Source: Alphaproteobacteria bacterium (GTDB lineage Bacteria > Pseudomonadota > Alphaproteobacteria > UBA828). Taken from it: a DNA stretch of 64,000 nucleotides. The translations under genes and the position numbers were made by a program. The notes below the pieces were generated by a model. That model saw only the letters and a list, made by a program, of their open reading frames with translations, searched no databases and was not told the DNA's origin. The stretch is from NCBI GenBank assembly GCA_965221125.1, contig CBDCRW010000005.1:288001-352000 (forward strand), written 5' to 3'. Of this stretch, positions 63,081-64,000 are shown one piece after another. How positions within the stretch are numbered: the first letter of the stretch is position 1; each line of letters opens with the position of its first letter.

Positions 63081-64000
63081 ATGATCCGGTTTCTCGCCGC
63101 GCGGCTTGCGGCGTATGTGCCGACGCTGTTCGCGATCTCGATCATCCTGTTCCTGGCGATCAACGTCGCACCCGGCAGTCCCGCCCAGGTTTCCCTCGGC
63201 ATCAACGCAACGCCCGAGGCGATAGAGCGCTTCGAGCGCGAGCACGGCCTCGACCGGCCGCTCTACGAGCAATACGTCAACTGGCTCTACGAGGTCCTGC
63301 GGGGAGATTTCGGCGAATCCCTGCAATCGGGCGCGCCGGTGGGGCCGGAGCTGCTCTCGCGCCTCTACGTGACACTGGAGCTCGCGATCCTCGCCTTCAT
63401 CATCGCCAACCTGATCGCGGTGCCGCTCGGCTGCCTTGCCGCCTACCACCATCAACGAACGGTGGACAACGCCTTCATCTTTCTCGCGACCCTCATGGGG
63501 TCGATGCCGAACTTCTGGCTGGCGACCCTGCTGATTCTTCTGCTCACGGTAACGCTCGGCTGGCTGCCGTCGGGCGGCTACGTGCCGCTGGGCGAGGCGC
63601 CTCTGGAGAACCTGCGCCTGATGATCATGCCGGCGCTCTCGCTGGGCGTCGTCTCGTCGGCGCTGCTGCTGCGCATCATGCGGACCGGCATGCTGGAGGT
63701 GTTCTCGTCGGACTACATCCGCACGGCAGTCGCGAAGGGCGCCGGCCAGCGCGTGGTGATCTGGCGCCACGCGGTGCGCAATGCGCTGATCCCCTACCTC
63801 ACCGTCGGCGGCGTGGAGTTCAGCCTGCTGTTCGGCGGCGTGGTCATCGTCGAGAACATCTTCCTGCTGCCGGGCGTGGGCCAACTCGCGCTCATCGGCA
63901 TCACCCAGCGGGACTATCCCTACCTGCTCGCGAGCGTGCTCCTGATCGCCGTCGTGGTGCTCACCGCCAATTTGATCGTCGATGTCCTCGCCGCGTGGCT
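63081..64000 (+). CDS. Peptide ABC transporter permease (DppB/OppB-like), runs off the window
   Basis: GLDRPLYEQY, GDFGES, MPNFW, DYIRTAVAKG, HAVRNAL, RDYP. Confidence 0.92.
   Translation, partial: MIRFLAARLAAYVPTLFAISIILFLAINVAPGSPAQVSLGINATPEAIERFEREHGLDRPLYEQYVNWLYEVLRGDFGESLQSGAPVGPELLSRLYVTLELAILAFIIANLIAVPLGCLAAYHHQRTVDNAFIFLATLMGSMPNFWLATLLILLLTVTLGWLPSGGYVPLGEAPLENLRLMIMPALSLGVVSSALLLRIMRTGMLEVFSSDYIRTAVAKGAGQRVVIWRHAVRNALIPYLTVGGVEFSLLFGGVVIVENIFLLPGVGQLALIGITQRDYPYLLASVLLIAVVVLTANLIVDVLAAW

Overview
High-GC alphaproteobacterial chromosome segment (Rhodospirillales-like, inferred from gene order and protein sequences). 1-8 kb: dnaA (5'-truncated)-dnaN-recF-gyrB and a class A PBP. 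8-11 kb: PfkB kinase, an uncharacterised aldolase-like protein and an orphan DUF1989 gene. 11-31.5 kb: a large cobalamin biosynthesis cluster with a cobalamin riboswitch, combining cobN/cobW with cbiX/cbiD/cbiG-cobJ, with no cobG or cobF in the window, and with embedded SCO and signal-less BtuF-like genes. 31.7-43.3 kb: arsC, three tRNAs, an SDR, glnT, ppx/ppk1, hda, DUF2066, purN (purM absent) and a phasin, with intergenic structured repeats. From tRNA-Thr onward lies an accessory island: a replicase pseudogene split by an intact IS256 (8-bp target duplication, DnaA-box hairpin), a polyol smo/mtlK operon with a truncated kinase, and an amidase / sugar-ABC / atypical aminotransferase / DUF2817 / peptide-ABC cluster. 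Best leads: a three-copy structured repeat with compensatory changes that ends on host stop codons, unexplained accessory proteins in the B12 operon, and a MrsB-like aminotransferase lacking the PLP-binding Asp. All family calls are from motif recognition by eye; no searches were run.
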